A stretch of DNA of 64,000 nucleotides from Octopus vulgaris (GCA_951406725.2 OX597833.1:28148001-28212000); one strand, 5' to 3'. Positions 35,135-45,376 are shown, numbered from the stretch's first letter. Numbers and translations: made by a program. The notes: generated from the letters alone by a model not told the origin.

Positions 35135-37306
35135 ATATATAAAAAGTATAAAAAGTATTATATAAAATTTCAAAATATAAATAAATATGAAATATATATA
35201 TATATATATATATATGCTTTTTATATATACATATATATACATATATATATATATATGCTTTTTATATATACATATATATATATATATGTTGATTTCAACT
35301 GCATTGATTTCAACACTGTTGAAGACAGGTTGAAATCAATGCAGTACTGTAAGCACTCAAGAAACAAGGTGTGACGATGCAGTATGTCACCCTCTTTAGG
35401 GAGGCAAATGTGGCCTTGTTACCCTCACCAGTGAATATTCCATTGGAGAAGGGTGCCAGGCAAAGAGATACTATCTCACCTAAGCTTTTCATGGTGTGAC
35501 TCGAGATGGTCATACAAGACATGAACTGGAATGGAGGCATAAGGATAAATGGAGAGCTGCTCACCTATCTAAGATTTGCTGATGATATAGTGCTGATAGC
35601 AGAGAGCATCCACCAGCTGCAGACCATACTAGACGAATTGGATTTTAGGGCTTCAGTGGTTGGCCTGAAGATCAACTGTACAAAAACCAAGTACATACAG
35701 TCTGAGGGTGATTAAATAGAAGAGGTGAGCAGCAATGTGTATCTTGGTCAAGAAGTTACTATGAGGCAAGAGATGGATAATGAGATCTCACAAAGGGTAA
35801 GAGCAGGGTGGAGAGTATTCAATTCACTGAAGCATGTGCTGAAGGCAAACCTAAACAGGACAACTTGCACCAATCTCTTCTTGCCTACACTGCTATTCAC
35901 ATGAAAAACTTGGGCCTTGACAAAGAGTGAAGACCATCATCAGTTGATGATGCAGAGAGCCATGGAAAGGGCGATGTTGGGAATCTCACTAAGAGATCAC
36001 ATCCAGAACAAGAAGATCAGGAATAGAACCAGAATGAAGGATGTCATCACAGAATACCACTATACAAAGCTACAATGGGCCAGTCATGTCACAGGGTTCA
36101 CAGATAACTGGTAGACCTGTGCAGTTGTCGAGTGGTACCTATGCAAATGGAAGAGATCACTCAGACCTCCAGTCAAGTGGAAAGATGATTTAAGAAAGAT
36201 GCTTGGAACAACATGGAGGAAAATGGCAAAAGCACAAGCAAAATGAAGCAAATACTGTGGCCAACAGAGCCAACTCAGATCCAGGTGATGTATACATATG
36301 TACACATTGTTGGATGGTTGTTGGTTATGCAGGAATTCCTGTACCCTTTCACAGGTTTTATTTCTCATCCTGCAGGGTGTCCAGCTATCACCTTCCTCAC
36401 CAACTTGGTGGGGTTGCCAGTTTTGTCGTTGACAACCTAACCATGCAACAGATTGTACTGGGTTACATGTTACCAGTAGTACTCAAAAGTGACCTGGCAT
36501 ATATATATATATATATATATACAGTATAACAACATATAAGAAAGGTGTCAACATCTAATTGTGAGAGTATGTGGCAAGTATGGTAGACCTGAGATTTGAG
36601 ATTATGGTTGTTCAGTTTCTGAGTTTACCATCTCATTAACTTCATGCTGCAAGATGATGTAAGTTTAGACAGACAGTCTAAAAGATTATGATCTCTATGC
36701 TGTTTCATGTAATATAATCTCAATGCTGTTCCATTCTCTATGTAACAATATTTACAAAAGTGTCTTCACTGGAATCAAATATCACATGGATTAGCTTTAC
36801 AGGTATTAATGATGGTGTAAGGAGAGTAAAAAATCATAATCTCATTTAGGTAAGGGTTTAAGTTAAATGAGAAAGTGCAGCACCCTTGAGCTTTGGAAGA
36901 TGGGCTTTCATTACTGGAAGTTGAAAGGGAGGATAAAACACCATTAGTTGGGTCTGTTAACGACTACTTTGATTTTCTAGATAAATATTCTATCAAAAAG
37001 TCAGTGGATACAGACGAATCTGCAAATAAGACAACAGCCATAAAAATCATTACAATCTTTCTGTTTTTAAATCAGGATTTACAATAACATGCATTCACTT
37101 GACATTTTCAGAAAAACTCAAGTCTGGAATATTTCAATATTGCCTTCAACAACATTGGGAACGAGGGCTGCAACCACCTGAAAACTGGTATTGGTGTCAA
37201 CAACACCTTGAAGATATTTGACATGAGCACAAACAACATCACATCTGATGGTATCAAGATGTTGGCCAAAGGTTTAGCTACAAATAGTCAATTGGAAGTC
37301 TTACAT
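607..37306 (+). CDS. LRRC74: Multi-exon gene (partial, nine exons seen) encoding an RI-type leucine-rich-repeat protein, LRRC74A/B-like
   Basis: Exons 607-820, 5547-5581, 6029-6189, 13077-13184, 14469-14562, 19357-19406, 21463-21544, 32080-32165 and 37112-37306 all have AG/GT boundaries and join in one open frame (1025 nt). The product is an acidic N-terminal region, a '[12 protein letters not shown]...INLEHLGI' cap, then ~28-aa LxLSxNxL repeats. The family call is from recalled similarity, not a search. Confidence 0.85.
988..1150 (+). mobile_element. tRNA-related SINE, family A, 5' part
   Basis: ggcacag..gctgtgtggtaagaagc..gggttcagtt head with A/B-box-like motifs. The same body recurs at 14811, 15600 (minus), 49008 and 60420 (minus). 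Confidence 0.75.
1365..2540 (-). mobile_element. Decayed Tc1-like DNA transposon
   Basis: Minus-strand fragments [11 protein letters not shown] and [20 protein letters not shown] (Tc1 catalytic-domain motifs). TA-cactgaac terminus near 1365; right end approximate. Confidence 0.8.
2606..2643 (-). ncRNA. Degenerate minimal hammerhead ribozyme motif (Penelope-type remnant)
   Basis: Minus strand reads cag-TTGAAAA-agtc-tcaat-gact-GAAA-ctgg-TA-ctg. Stems are present but the core differs from CUGANGA at two positions. Confidence 0.4.
2803..2941 (+). repeat. (AAGAAC/AAC/AAG)n simple repeat
   Basis: Read directly from the sequence. Confidence 0.95.
3062..5353 (-). mobile_element. 5'-truncated RTE-clade LINE: RT, 3' UTR with internal tandem repeats, (GAT)n tail
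   Basis: ORF pieces [67 protein letters not shown] few stops/frameshifts; flanked by (TA)n. Confidence 0.93.
5547..5581 (+). CDS. LRRC74: LRR gene 35-nt small exon ([11 protein letters not shown])
   Basis: ttcttctcttaacAG acceptor and GTTAGT donor. Its 1+33+1 nt bridge the phase-2 end of exon 607-820 and the phase-1 start of exon 6029. Confidence 0.75.
6029..6189 (+). CDS. LRRC74: LRR gene exon (cap and first repeat)
   Basis: ctattcAG acceptor; [53 protein letters not shown]; GTGAGT donor. Confidence 0.88.
6666..6704 (-). ncRNA. Degenerate hammerhead ribozyme motif
   Basis: Minus strand reads CTGACAA..gggaacgt-GAAA-ctctgag-TA-acag. Stem III (actc/gagt) is intact; the core and stem II are damaged. 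Confidence 0.35.
8120..8415 (-). mobile_element. tRNA-related SINE, family C
   Basis: Minus-strand head tagcctagtggttagagc...gggttcgaatc (A and B boxes). A related body lies at 53627-53945. Confidence 0.7.
8591..9263 (+). mobile_element. Cluster of 3-4 SINE family B copies
   Basis: Repeated gagctggcagaatcgttagc...gagttcaaattc...gactttgcctttcatcctttc..gtcgataaa..aagtaccagtt with (ATT)n tails. The family recurs at about 12752, 15215, 20430, 21150 (minus) and 60880. Confidence 0.8.
9280..10394 (-). mobile_element. LTR copy 1 (minus strand)
   Basis: Minus strand starts TGTAGC, ends CTTACA, and is preceded by purine-rich ctggcaagaggc. It is the inverse homolog of 10806-11611 and a homolog of 22084-23206. 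Confidence 0.78.
10523..10760 (-). repeat. Tandem array of four (plus one partial) extended tRNA-Trp primer-binding sites, each joined to an LTR-end fragment
   Basis: Plus-strand units aatggctgcgtgtttgatcacgtcggggtcacca-gtgta... start at 10544, 10591, 10671 and 10718 (partial at 10523). Confidence 0.85.
10806..11611 (+). mobile_element. LTR copy 2 (plus strand)
   Basis: TGTAGC...CTTACA, preceded by PPT-like ctggcgagaggctga and followed after 1 nt by a perfect tRNA-Trp PBS. Contains promoter motifs and AATAAA. Confidence 0.85.
10950..11076 (+). promoter_or_regulatory. Putative LTR U3 promoter
   Basis: ATTGG at 10950, CACGTGACGTG at 10959, CCAAT at 11010, TATATAAA at 11069; AATAAA downstream at 11452. 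CCAAT- and TATA-like motifs are retained in LTR copy 1. Confidence 0.55.
11613..11630 (+). other. tRNA-Trp primer-binding site
   Basis: TGGTGACCCCGACGTGAT is the exact complement of the 3' 18 nt of metazoan tRNA-Trp(CCA), the same sequence as the avian sarcoma-leukosis virus PBS. Confidence 0.92.
12030..12429. repeat. Fold-back region: ~85-bp inverted arms plus a 79-nt hairpin
   Basis: 12034-12120 is inverse-homologous to 12255-12340. 12351-12369 tctttatttgtggattaac pairs perfectly with 12411-12429. Confidence 0.7.
13077..13184 (+). CDS. LRRC74: LRR gene exon
   Basis: ttttactttttcAG acceptor; [36 protein letters not shown]; GTAAGT donor; 108 nt, phase 0-0. Confidence 0.92.
13568..14010. mobile_element. 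Two nested piggyBac-type (TTAA) MITEs
   Basis: The inner copy, TTAA|CCCTTTAGCGTT...AATGCTAATGGG|TTAA (13587-13805), sits in the TTAA of an oppositely oriented outer copy (about 13572-14006, TTAA-flanked). Confidence 0.72.
14469..14562 (+). CDS. LRRC74: LRR gene exon
   Basis: ttttcctcttttcAG acceptor; [31 protein letters not shown] plus 1 nt; GTAGGT donor. Confidence 0.92.
14811..16015. mobile_element. SINE cluster: family A plus 14811-15110, family B 15215-15410, family A minus 15600-16015
   Basis: Homology to the other copies in the window; internal (GT)n/(CA)n tract. Confidence 0.8.
16480..16732. repeat. Compound GATA/GACA/GGTA tetranucleotide microsatellite
   Basis: Read directly from the sequence. 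Confidence 0.95.
16735..17801 (-). mobile_element. Decayed DD37D (maT-type) transposon
   Basis: Minus frame WQ*DSAPCH...[20 protein letters not shown] has exactly 37 residues between the two Asp. Imperfect TIRs (ctgggtgcagtgaataaatt / caatttacccatcacacc) next to TA. Confidence 0.85.
18250..18960 (-). mobile_element. Highly decayed Penelope-like RT remnant
   Basis: Minus-strand pieces resembling PNNPxxPIV and [21 protein letters not shown]. Boundaries approximate. Confidence 0.45.
19357..19406 (+). CDS. LRRC74: LRR gene exon (absent from ORF track)
   Basis: cacctttttcAG acceptor; (N)[16 protein letters not shown]; GTGAGT donor; phase 1-0. Confidence 0.9.
21463..21544 (+). CDS. LRRC74: LRR gene exon (absent from ORF track)
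   Basis: actcttttacAG acceptor; [27 protein letters not shown] plus 1 nt; GTAATG donor; phase 0-1 fits both neighbours. Confidence 0.9.
22084..23206 (-). mobile_element. Solo LTR related to the 9280/10806 LTRs, with a 4-bp TSD (CTTT)
   Basis: Ends GCTACA on the plus strand and is homologous to 9560-10394. CTTT flanks both sides, and removal restores gactttcaatgta, a motif repeated locally. Confidence 0.7.
23303..25578 (+). mobile_element. Internally deleted Gypsy-type LTR retrotransposon (gag remnant and integrase; no PR/RT/RNase H)
   Basis: LTRs 23303-23570 and 25301-25578 (TGTGGTG...CACTACA) with a GTTTT TSD. Gag-like ORF 23620-24200. Integrase motifs [34 protein letters not shown]-like agtggggaac. 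Confidence 0.9.
26990..27749. mobile_element. Penelope-type inverted terminal fragments with a hammerhead motif
   Basis: 26990-27225 is the reverse complement of about 27520-27749; a hammerhead motif lies between the arms. Confidence 0.65.
27237..27363 (-). ncRNA. Hammerhead ribozyme motif (U4 to C variant, long stem II)
   Basis: Minus strand reads atct-CCGAAGA-ggcc...ggcc-GAAA-cagctg-TA-agat, with palindromic stem III acagctgt. Confidence 0.6.
27950..29240 (+). mobile_element. RTE LINE 3' UTR with a tandemly triplicated ~345-bp segment and (GAT)n tail
   Basis: agatgaacatcaatggaatttgtatc recurs at about 28072, 28413 and 28760. Same 3' end as 3062-3560; followed by (TA)n. Confidence 0.85.
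29350..29431 (-). ncRNA. Type I hammerhead ribozyme with intact core
   Basis: Minus strand reads ctttc-CTGATGA-gaagattgcat...atgtggtcttc-GAAA-catat-GTC-gagag. Stem I is 5 bp, stem II is 11 bp with GU pairs, stem III is the palindrome acatatgt. Confidence 0.8.
30371..30453 (+). ncRNA. Hammerhead ribozyme motif (weak stem I)
   Basis: ct-CTGAAGA-gcac...gtgc-GAAA-ctgattg-GTA-ag. Confidence 0.55.
32080..32165 (+). CDS. LRRC74: LRR gene exon
   Basis: atatttcAG acceptor; (E)[28 protein letters not shown]; GTAAGT donor. Confidence 0.92.
32208..33336 (-). mobile_element. 5'-truncated RTE LINE
   Basis: [13 protein letters not shown]...[14 protein letters not shown], 3' UTR and (GAT)n tail; (TA)n on both sides. 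Confidence 0.9.
33358..34966 (+). mobile_element. Two head-to-tail RTE 3' ends; the first carries an expanded ~61-bp minisatellite
   Basis: About 14 copies of a cacgtaaaagcaccatccg-containing unit (33360-34245). (GAT)n tails at about 34405 and 34945. Confidence 0.88.
35300..36260 (+). mobile_element. Decayed RTE-clade LINE of a second family (no PHD insert)
   Basis: [56 protein letters not shown]. Confidence 0.85.
37112..37306 (+). CDS. LRRC74: LRR gene exon with two repeats (absent from ORF track)
   Basis: gacattttcAG acceptor; [65 protein letters not shown]; GTAAGT donor; 195 nt. Confidence 0.93.
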
Positions 37307-37929
37307 GTAAGTTCCTGACCATTGCCATTTGGACATTTCAGAGTGAAAGAGAGAGACACAGAGAGAGAGAGAGCATGTTGTTAACACCAGGTGAGCTCTA
37401 TATGAGATCTATGATCAAATATAATGCCAAATTTAGGCATAAGCTAAACAAGCTACAGTTTAGGGCTTCATAATCCAGAGATCTTAAATTGATTTAAAAG
37501 AATAAACAATTTTTGGGAGGGTATTTTGGAACGTTTTTTTAACAAAAGTTTGAATGCTCTACATAGTTTATGGTTCTACCAAGTCTAAACCTGACACTGA
37601 TCAAAAGTATTCCAGTCATGACCCCACCATATTTTTTTAAAACAATGCATCTAAGACGATATTATTCAAGTGCACTTCCATATTTAAGAGTGGGAATTTG
37701 CTTAAGGGAGATTTGGTTGTTGTTCCTACTATCTCAAGCAAACACACATGCTTCATTGCTGGTTCATCTCTTCAGAACCTAAAGAGCTGAAACAAATACT
37801 GCAAAACATTATTTCTGATGCTCTACCAATCCAGCATATATATATATATAAAACAAAATTTAAAAGAGTTACCCAAGGTTTTGCACCCACCGGGTAACTC
37901 TATACATAAAATTTTGCTGTAATAATTAC

Positions 37930-40900
37930 TGCTCTATATTTTAGAGTGTGCTTCTTTGGTCAATCACCAAAACAATAACCATAGCAACTTATTTGACATT
38001 ACCATGGGATCACCTGATTCCGCCCAGGTCACTGACCTGGTTGGACAATATATATTCCACCATCTCCAAATACATTTCCCTAATATTAAGAGAGGCCTCT
38101 ATAGGGATGACACCTTCCTAGTTACCAAAAGCATGAATAAATCATCCTAGGAAAGAATTAGCAAGAATCTGCATAAATTCTTCTCAAACCAAACCTGTTT
38201 ATCACATTCGAAAACTCTCAAAAAACTTCTAACTTTTTAGACGTAACTCTAAACTTATCAACCTCCCAATACTCCCCTAACTATAAACTTAACCAATATC
38301 TTAAAAACCTTAACAATTATTCCAATTACCACAAATCCACTTTTGATAACATAATCAAGGGTACTTCAACCCGTATATCTGACCTCTCTTCCACTGAGGA
38401 AATTTTCAATAACCACGCACCATATTACAATCAAGCACTCACCACTAGCAGCTTCTCCCAACAAATAAAATACATCCATAACACCAGACTCAAACAATAT
38501 ATATCTCAAATTCTCAAATCACATCTCAAAAGATGCACTAATCACCACAATCACAACTGACCACACATACACTTCGATAAAACCCCTATAGATCCCACAA
38601 ATAGACAACCTGGACCTTGCACGCATACATTTAACACTAGGTCAAAAACTAAAACAGCTAACAACAACAGGCCTTGCCACCCATTCCATTCTCCAAAAAC
38701 ATAGATAGCACTCCATTCTCCAAAAACGTAGATATCACTGCTCCTAGACGCCCTAAAAAAAGTGGCGGACGCTCTATTCTGTGGTACCCCACCACCACCA
38801 CCACCACCCTTCTCACTTAACGTTAAGAGCTTAGCTAAATCTTTCTTTAAAATACTAGACTCCAACTACCTTCATCAATATAAATATTATTCTATCTTTA
38901 ATAGATCTACCCTGAAACTATCCTATTCTGTCCCATCCAACTTCGAATCTATCATAGCAGCCTCTAATAATCAAAAGCTTTCTCTCTACTATAAAAACTC
39001 ACATAATTACATCTTTAGTTACACGAACGCTCAACACGCACACAGCTCCAGCACGGAAACCTTTACATTAGACCATAAAAATCCTACTGACACTACACTG
39101 AACACTACCACAACCTCTATGAAACTTACAAATAGTACAAATAATTTTAACAATAGTAATAATGACAATAATAGTAATAATAACATTATCAATACTAATA
39201 GTTTAGACCTTTCTACTCCCTTCTCTAACCTCTCCTCTGACAATATTACCTCCTCCATTCCTGAAAACAATCACCAAAATTCACCCACTTGTAACTGCTG
39301 TCCTGGGGCCATCTGTCTTTTGCAAACCCATTGTAGAAGATATAATATAATTTACAAATGCACTGTCCTTAACACATTACACAATTCTACAGCCATATAT
39401 ATAGGATCAACCATAACTTTTAAACAACGATATGCCGCTCACCTCCATTCTTTTAGATACGATAAACATAGTAAATCTACAACACTCACCAGTAACATAC
39501 ATCATCTCAAAAATGCAAATATCTGTATATCTATAAAAGGCAGGATGTGTGTGTGTGTGTGTGTGTGTGTGTACGTGAATGTAATTTATGCACTTACACA
39601 AATTAGCACGCATGTTGCTCTAACTTTAGGACATTCGTCACGACCCTAGCTGGGTTTTGTCAACTTATTTTTCCCGAGACATCCTCGGATAGTGGTAAAA
39701 ATTGATTTTCATCCATAATTTTTACCAATTTTCACGTCCCATTGTTTGCTAACATGAGTTAAGTCCCCTGCAATGGCAACTATTATACAGAAAAACAAAG
39801 ATAAACTATTTCGTTTTTGGATTTGGTTTGCAAGATTCTTTATGTGAGTTCGTGTGGTCCAAAAGAAATATATATATAGTTTTAATTATACAGAAAAACA
39901 GAGATGAACCGCTCTGAAAGAAATGTATATACAGTAAACATATAGTATATGTATATATTTAATTTTTCTATATATTTCATTTTAATTGAAATTTTGAATG
40001 TTAGATAATTAATGTTGGTTTATTCAGCTAGACAACAAAACCTAATGACGATGTAATTAGCAACGAGCACATTTTGTTTCTTAGTTTTTGTTTGCTTTAA
40101 TATTTAAATTCTTTACTTGACTGTTATTTTTTATTTCTGTTCGCTAGAAACCTCACAAGAAACTTTGTTCAGCCGCAACATTCTTTCCGTTTATTTCTGT
40201 TTATGAAATTCTCTGTACGTACTTCTGCTTTCTCGGTGGTCGAAGCAAATCGATGACTTCGTGCTGTAGCCATTTTCCTTCTGATGTGATTTAAAGCATT
40301 TTTTGATATATGGCATTTCAACATTAGAAACGAGTTCCGAACATGTTATTCAAGTTTGCAGAAACTTATCTCCTGCCACTCAAAACAACAACTCAAATAG
40401 GATAAAAAGTACATGCATCACAGGAACAATAACACCAAGTGTGTGTATGTAGACTTACAATATATCCTATTGTTAAGAAACTTTTACACGATCATTCAAT
40501 AAAACTCAAATAGGATAAAGAGTACACGCTTTATCCACCTATACAGTGCAACAGGACCCGCTTGGTAGTCAAGTCCCTGATGCCCCAATTTATTGAGACC
40601 ACCATTGTTACGGGGTGTGAGAGGGGGGGAATGTTTTCATTTCAAGGATGCACCTTTATCCCTCGGGGTCAGACATGCTGTTTAACTTCCGCAGATTGCC
40701 ATGTCCACAACAAATCCCAAGGCCAAATACTATCGGTGGCGGGCATCCATTTGGGGGAACCGTGCTTTTCACATGGGCAACTTCATGTGGCCTGCTCCCG
40801 TGTGGGGGAGTAGAAACACTCTTTTTGTGCATGCTCCTCAGGACAGAACATGCAATGTTGTCTATAGCGAAGTTTTATAGATGTAGAAAGAAGAACAAGT

Positions 40901-42400
40901 CATCATTGTAGCCGGTGAGGTTATAAACAGGTGATCCGGAAGCGCTGGCCGGACATATTCCCAAACCATGGCAACATGATTCATAGACTCTTCCTCTTCT
41001 TTATTGGACAATGCGGACTTCTCCAACAGCAATGCTCACTCTGTCGATATCAGTGCTAGGCCAAGTTTCTCATAGAGTTAGGCAAGAAGGGCCAAGATCT
41101 TTTTTTTTTAAGGCTGTTGGTAAGTTTTCCTAAGTTATTCCAATCTGGATCCCCCAATGCAAACCTTCGAATCAACCTTCTCCAATGCGGATCTCTAATG
41201 CAACCTTATCCAATCCAAATCTTCTTCACTGCAGATCTCAAATGCAAACCTTCGATGCATCCTTATCCAATGCAAGCCTTCGATGCAACCTACTCCAATG
41301 CAGATCTTCGATACAGCCTTGACCAATAGTACCCCTAAGAAGGGTTAGGACTAGATCGCGATCAGTCGCTGCCTTTTAGAGGTACATTTTCGCTAGATTA
41401 GCTTAGGCTTAGGTTAAGGCTTAGTTGTGATCTGAACATAACCTCTTCTGACACAGAGAATCGGGAGCCCTTTTGGGCATTCTATTTTCCTTGTCGGAAG
41501 GGCTCCCAACCCGTGGGCCAAGGGGAGTTAGATGATGGGGAGGTTCAAAAGGGCTGGCATGTGCAACCTGATCGCCTCTGCTGGTCAAACTCCCAACCCA
41601 TGCGTTCCCATCGCGACACTGATTCTGCAGAACTAAGTTGGGTGTGAAAACCAGCTTTAAAGCATACATTTTTTGAACCAGCAATTTTGTGTTCGGCTAA
41701 GTCCTATTTGGGGTGAAAAATCAATAAACTGATTCTTTATGGGGTTTTCCATTCAATCAGGAGGAAAATTCGATAAACTGATTCCTTATAGGATTTCCCA
41801 CTAAAATTGGTTACACCCCATTTTCAACCATAACTTTTACCGGTTTTGACGTATTTTGTTCAAACTTGATGCTGGCGTTACTTAGGACTCATGGGATCTT
41901 TGAGTGCAAAAATCGATAAACCGGTACCTTATGAGATTTCCCAATTAAATTGTCTGCAACCCTCAGCCAACCGTTTCCCAATTTCAATGGATTCCGCTCA
42001 AATTTGACGTCGGTGTTACTTAGTTTGGTTTGAAACAAAGTGCTTGATTAGCTTAATAATCCTAACTTAATCTCGAGCAACACCGGGCTATACTGCTAGT
42101 ACCCTATACTTTGTCATGGTCCATATTAGATTCAGGGCTTCCTTACCAAGGTCAACGCTCAACCTGCAAGCCTTGCCTGAAGGAGGCACTTCACATATTG
42201 GAGCACGACACTTCAACACTACTAAATAAACATAATAAGGTCCTAAGCACATGCAACCATTGCTTTTTTCATACATTCAAATTCTACCAGAAATCCAAAT
42301 GCCTAAATAACCACACAGTATATTTCCACAATACCCCATAGGTAATCCCTAACAACCTTATAATTCTCCATTTTAATTTCTAATCCTTATCTAATTCCCC
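37930..42400 (+). mobile_element. Decayed Penelope-like element (RT and GIY-YIG) interrupted by a Helitron
   Basis: FDITMGSPDSAQVTDLVG and GLYRDD (RT); CNC..IIYKC..YIGS..FKQRYAAH (GIY-YIG); the ORF continues at 42100 with WSILD..CKPCLKE. Confidence 0.88.
39522..42099 (+). mobile_element. Non-autonomous Helitron, 2578 bp
   Basis: 5' TC start (A|TCTGTATATCTATAAAA, then (GT)n). 3' imperfect hairpin ctcgagcaacaccggg, then CTAG|T. No TSD. Removal restores the host ORF. Confidence 0.88.
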
Positions 42401-42458
42401 TTTCTTATTTGAAGATCACAATCATTTTATTATATAAGTATATGCATGTATGTATGTA

Positions 42459-42495
<37 letters not shown>

Positions 42496-42591
42496 GTGTG
42501 TATGTGTGTATGCATGGTATATGTACAGATGTTATAATATATATGGATACGCATATGTATGAGTTTGTATATATGTGTGTATGTGTATGTA

Positions 42592-43884
42592 TTGGGTTGG
42601 CAACCAAGTTCCCGCGGTTTTTTTTTAATTTTGGAATTTATTGCGTTTTTAAATTTTGGAATCATTTTTTTTTTTTGGCGAGAACTCTATTTTTGAATCA
42701 TTTTGGAATCTATTTTGTTTTTTTCTTTTCAAGTTAATTTTAGTTAATTTTTGTTTATTTTCAAATCATTAAAATGGAATGTCAAGTTAAGGAAAACGAG
42801 CATTTTCGACACCTCCTTTTTGCTTTTAATCAAGGTTCTAAGGCCGCAAAAGCTGCTTGCGACATTTGTGCTGTGTATGGAGAGGGTCCCATAGCTGAAA
42901 GAACCAGTCGTAATTGGTATGCCAAGTTCAAAAATGGAAATTTTGACCTCAAAGATGCACCTCGTTCTGGCCGTCCAGTTGAGTTCGATGAAGAGCGATT
43001 ATACCAACTTTTGCACGAAAATTCTCGTCAAACGACAAGGGAACTGGCGGAGAAAATGGAATGCTCCCACACTGCTATAGAGAAGCATCTTTTACTCGAT
43101 GGGAAAGGTTCAGGAGTATGGAGCATGGGTTCCGCGTTCTTTAAGTGCCAACAACAAAAATCAACGAGCCACAATCTCCACTGGTTTGCTTGCTCATCAC
43201 CACTCAACTCATGGACACAAGCAACGATTTCTTTACTGAATCGTTACTGCCGACGGAAAATGGTGCCTGTACATCAATATGAAGCAGCGTAAGGAATGGC
43301 TTAGCCCTGGTGAACAAGCGATACCGCGCGTGAAACAAGATCTTCATCCGTGTAAAACGATGCTGTGCGTATGGTGGGACTGGGAATGCTTGAACGAATT
43401 GCTTGAACGGAACCAAACGGTCAACACGGAACTCTATGTTCAACAGATAGAACGACTCAACATGGCTATTCAAGAGAATAGACCTATTCGGCAGCATGGA
43501 GCTCTGCTGCACGACAACGCGCACCTTCATATCGCCAGTATGACCAAGAAAGCCATTCAAACGCATGGCTGGGAAGTGCTGCCACACCCACCGTACTCTC
43601 CTGATTTGGCACCACAGATTTCCACCTCTTTCGATCTCTTTCAAATGCTATGCGCGGAGTTTCGTTCAATATTGATGCAGAATTGAGAGTTTGGTTGGAT
43701 CAATTTTTCGAGTCGAAATCGGGTGATTTCTACCAACGAGGGTTTGAACATCTTGCTGAACATTGGGAAGAAGTTGTAAACAACAAGGGTGAATACATTA
43801 TTGATTAATTAGTTGTTATCTTTTATTAAACCTTTTAAAAAATTTGAATTTTAAAAAACCGCAGGAACTTAGTTGCCAACCTAA
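42592..43884 (+). mobile_element. Full-length decayed mariner transposon
   Basis: TIRs ttgggttggcaaccaagttcccgcggttttt / aaaaaccgcaggaacttagttgccaacctaa. Frameshifted transposase 42774-43807 with RSGRP, HDNA and HPPYSPDLAP. Confidence 0.93.
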
Positions 43885-43906
43885 TGTGCTTATATTTGTT
43901 TATGTG

Positions 43907-43937
<31 letters not shown>

Positions 43938-44172
43938 ATGTGTGTGTGTGAGTGTGTGTGTGTGTATGTATGTATGTATGTATGTATGTATGTATGTATG
44001 TATATGTATGTATATATGTGTGTGTGTGTGTGTATATGCGTGTGTATGTATGCATACATGAACATGCAAGTGGGTACATGTGAGTATATATGAGTATAGG
44101 TATAGATATGTTATATAAGTATGGATGTGTAGGTATATACATGTACACATACTCGCATGTATGTGTGTGTGC

Positions 44173-44216
<44 letters not shown>

Positions 44217-44998
44217 ATATACTTACATACATTTATATGCATGTGTGGGAATCTCCATGCATGCATTTATATGTGCAAGAATTTATATATACAAATATAG
44301 ATACGAATGTGTGTGTATATGTGTGAATGCGTGTGAACATACAAGACTTTGTATGCGTATATGTGTTGACGTATGTATATATCTATATACATGTGTGGAT
44401 ACGTATGCTTGCATACATTTTCACACCTTTAAATTCTTTATTTCTTCTCCTACCTGTCAATTTTAGCAACTTGACTTATATTCTTCATTCTTTATTCCAA
44501 CACAATTTTATAACCAAAACAAATTCCCACTTACACATCACCTTTATTTTCTCTTTACACTTTCGATACCCATCCCTTAATGCAGCTCTGTTAACATACC
44601 TCACATTCTTTCACTCTTTACCCTCTCATCTCTTCCTTCCTTCTATCATTTTATCTTGACCACTAGCTAGCACACCTCTTTCTTTCCTTGTTTATTGTCT
44701 CACTCACCCTTTTTTTGTCTTCCTGTTTTTGATCTGACCTTACAAACGTATTCTCAATTTTTAAGTTACTCAAAAAAAAAACCCTAGATTGAATAACACT
44801 GCTTGGAATGACCAAATATAAACATCATTGGAGCTCACACACAAGGTACAGGAAACTTACATATACACCTTGTGTTTAAATAATGGAACTGCAAATACAA
44901 TATCCTTAGGTATCTCAATTCTATTTTCATTCTTTCACTTCCCTCTGTATTTCATATCTTCTCGACAATAATTATTACTTACACATTTTCTCACACCA

Positions 44999-45044
44999 TC
45001 TCTGATGAAGGGATATATAAAATATCCTGGAAACAGCTGTAAGA
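44999..45044 (+). ncRNA. Minimal hammerhead ribozyme motif in a Penelope-type 3' remnant
   Basis: tct-CTGATGA-agggatat-ataaa-atatcctg-GAAA-cagct-GTA-aga. The stem II closing pair is mismatched; stem III is palindromic. Confidence 0.65.
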
Positions 45045-45292
45045 ACTTCTCTTTATATATGTTCTGAAAACTATTGGATTTTTATATCATTATTATATGT
45101 ATATGTTAATTATTATATATATGCATGGTAATACACGACCCATGTTGAATTCCTCTTTCGTATCATTATCGAACCTGGAGCTTAACTATGGTCTATCCAT
45201 AGCACTTATTCAGAGTCACCTGACACCTTTGGGTCTTCTTGATTCCAATACATCTCATACCCTACACACACACACACACACGCACGCACGCA

Positions 45293-45376
<84 letters not shown>

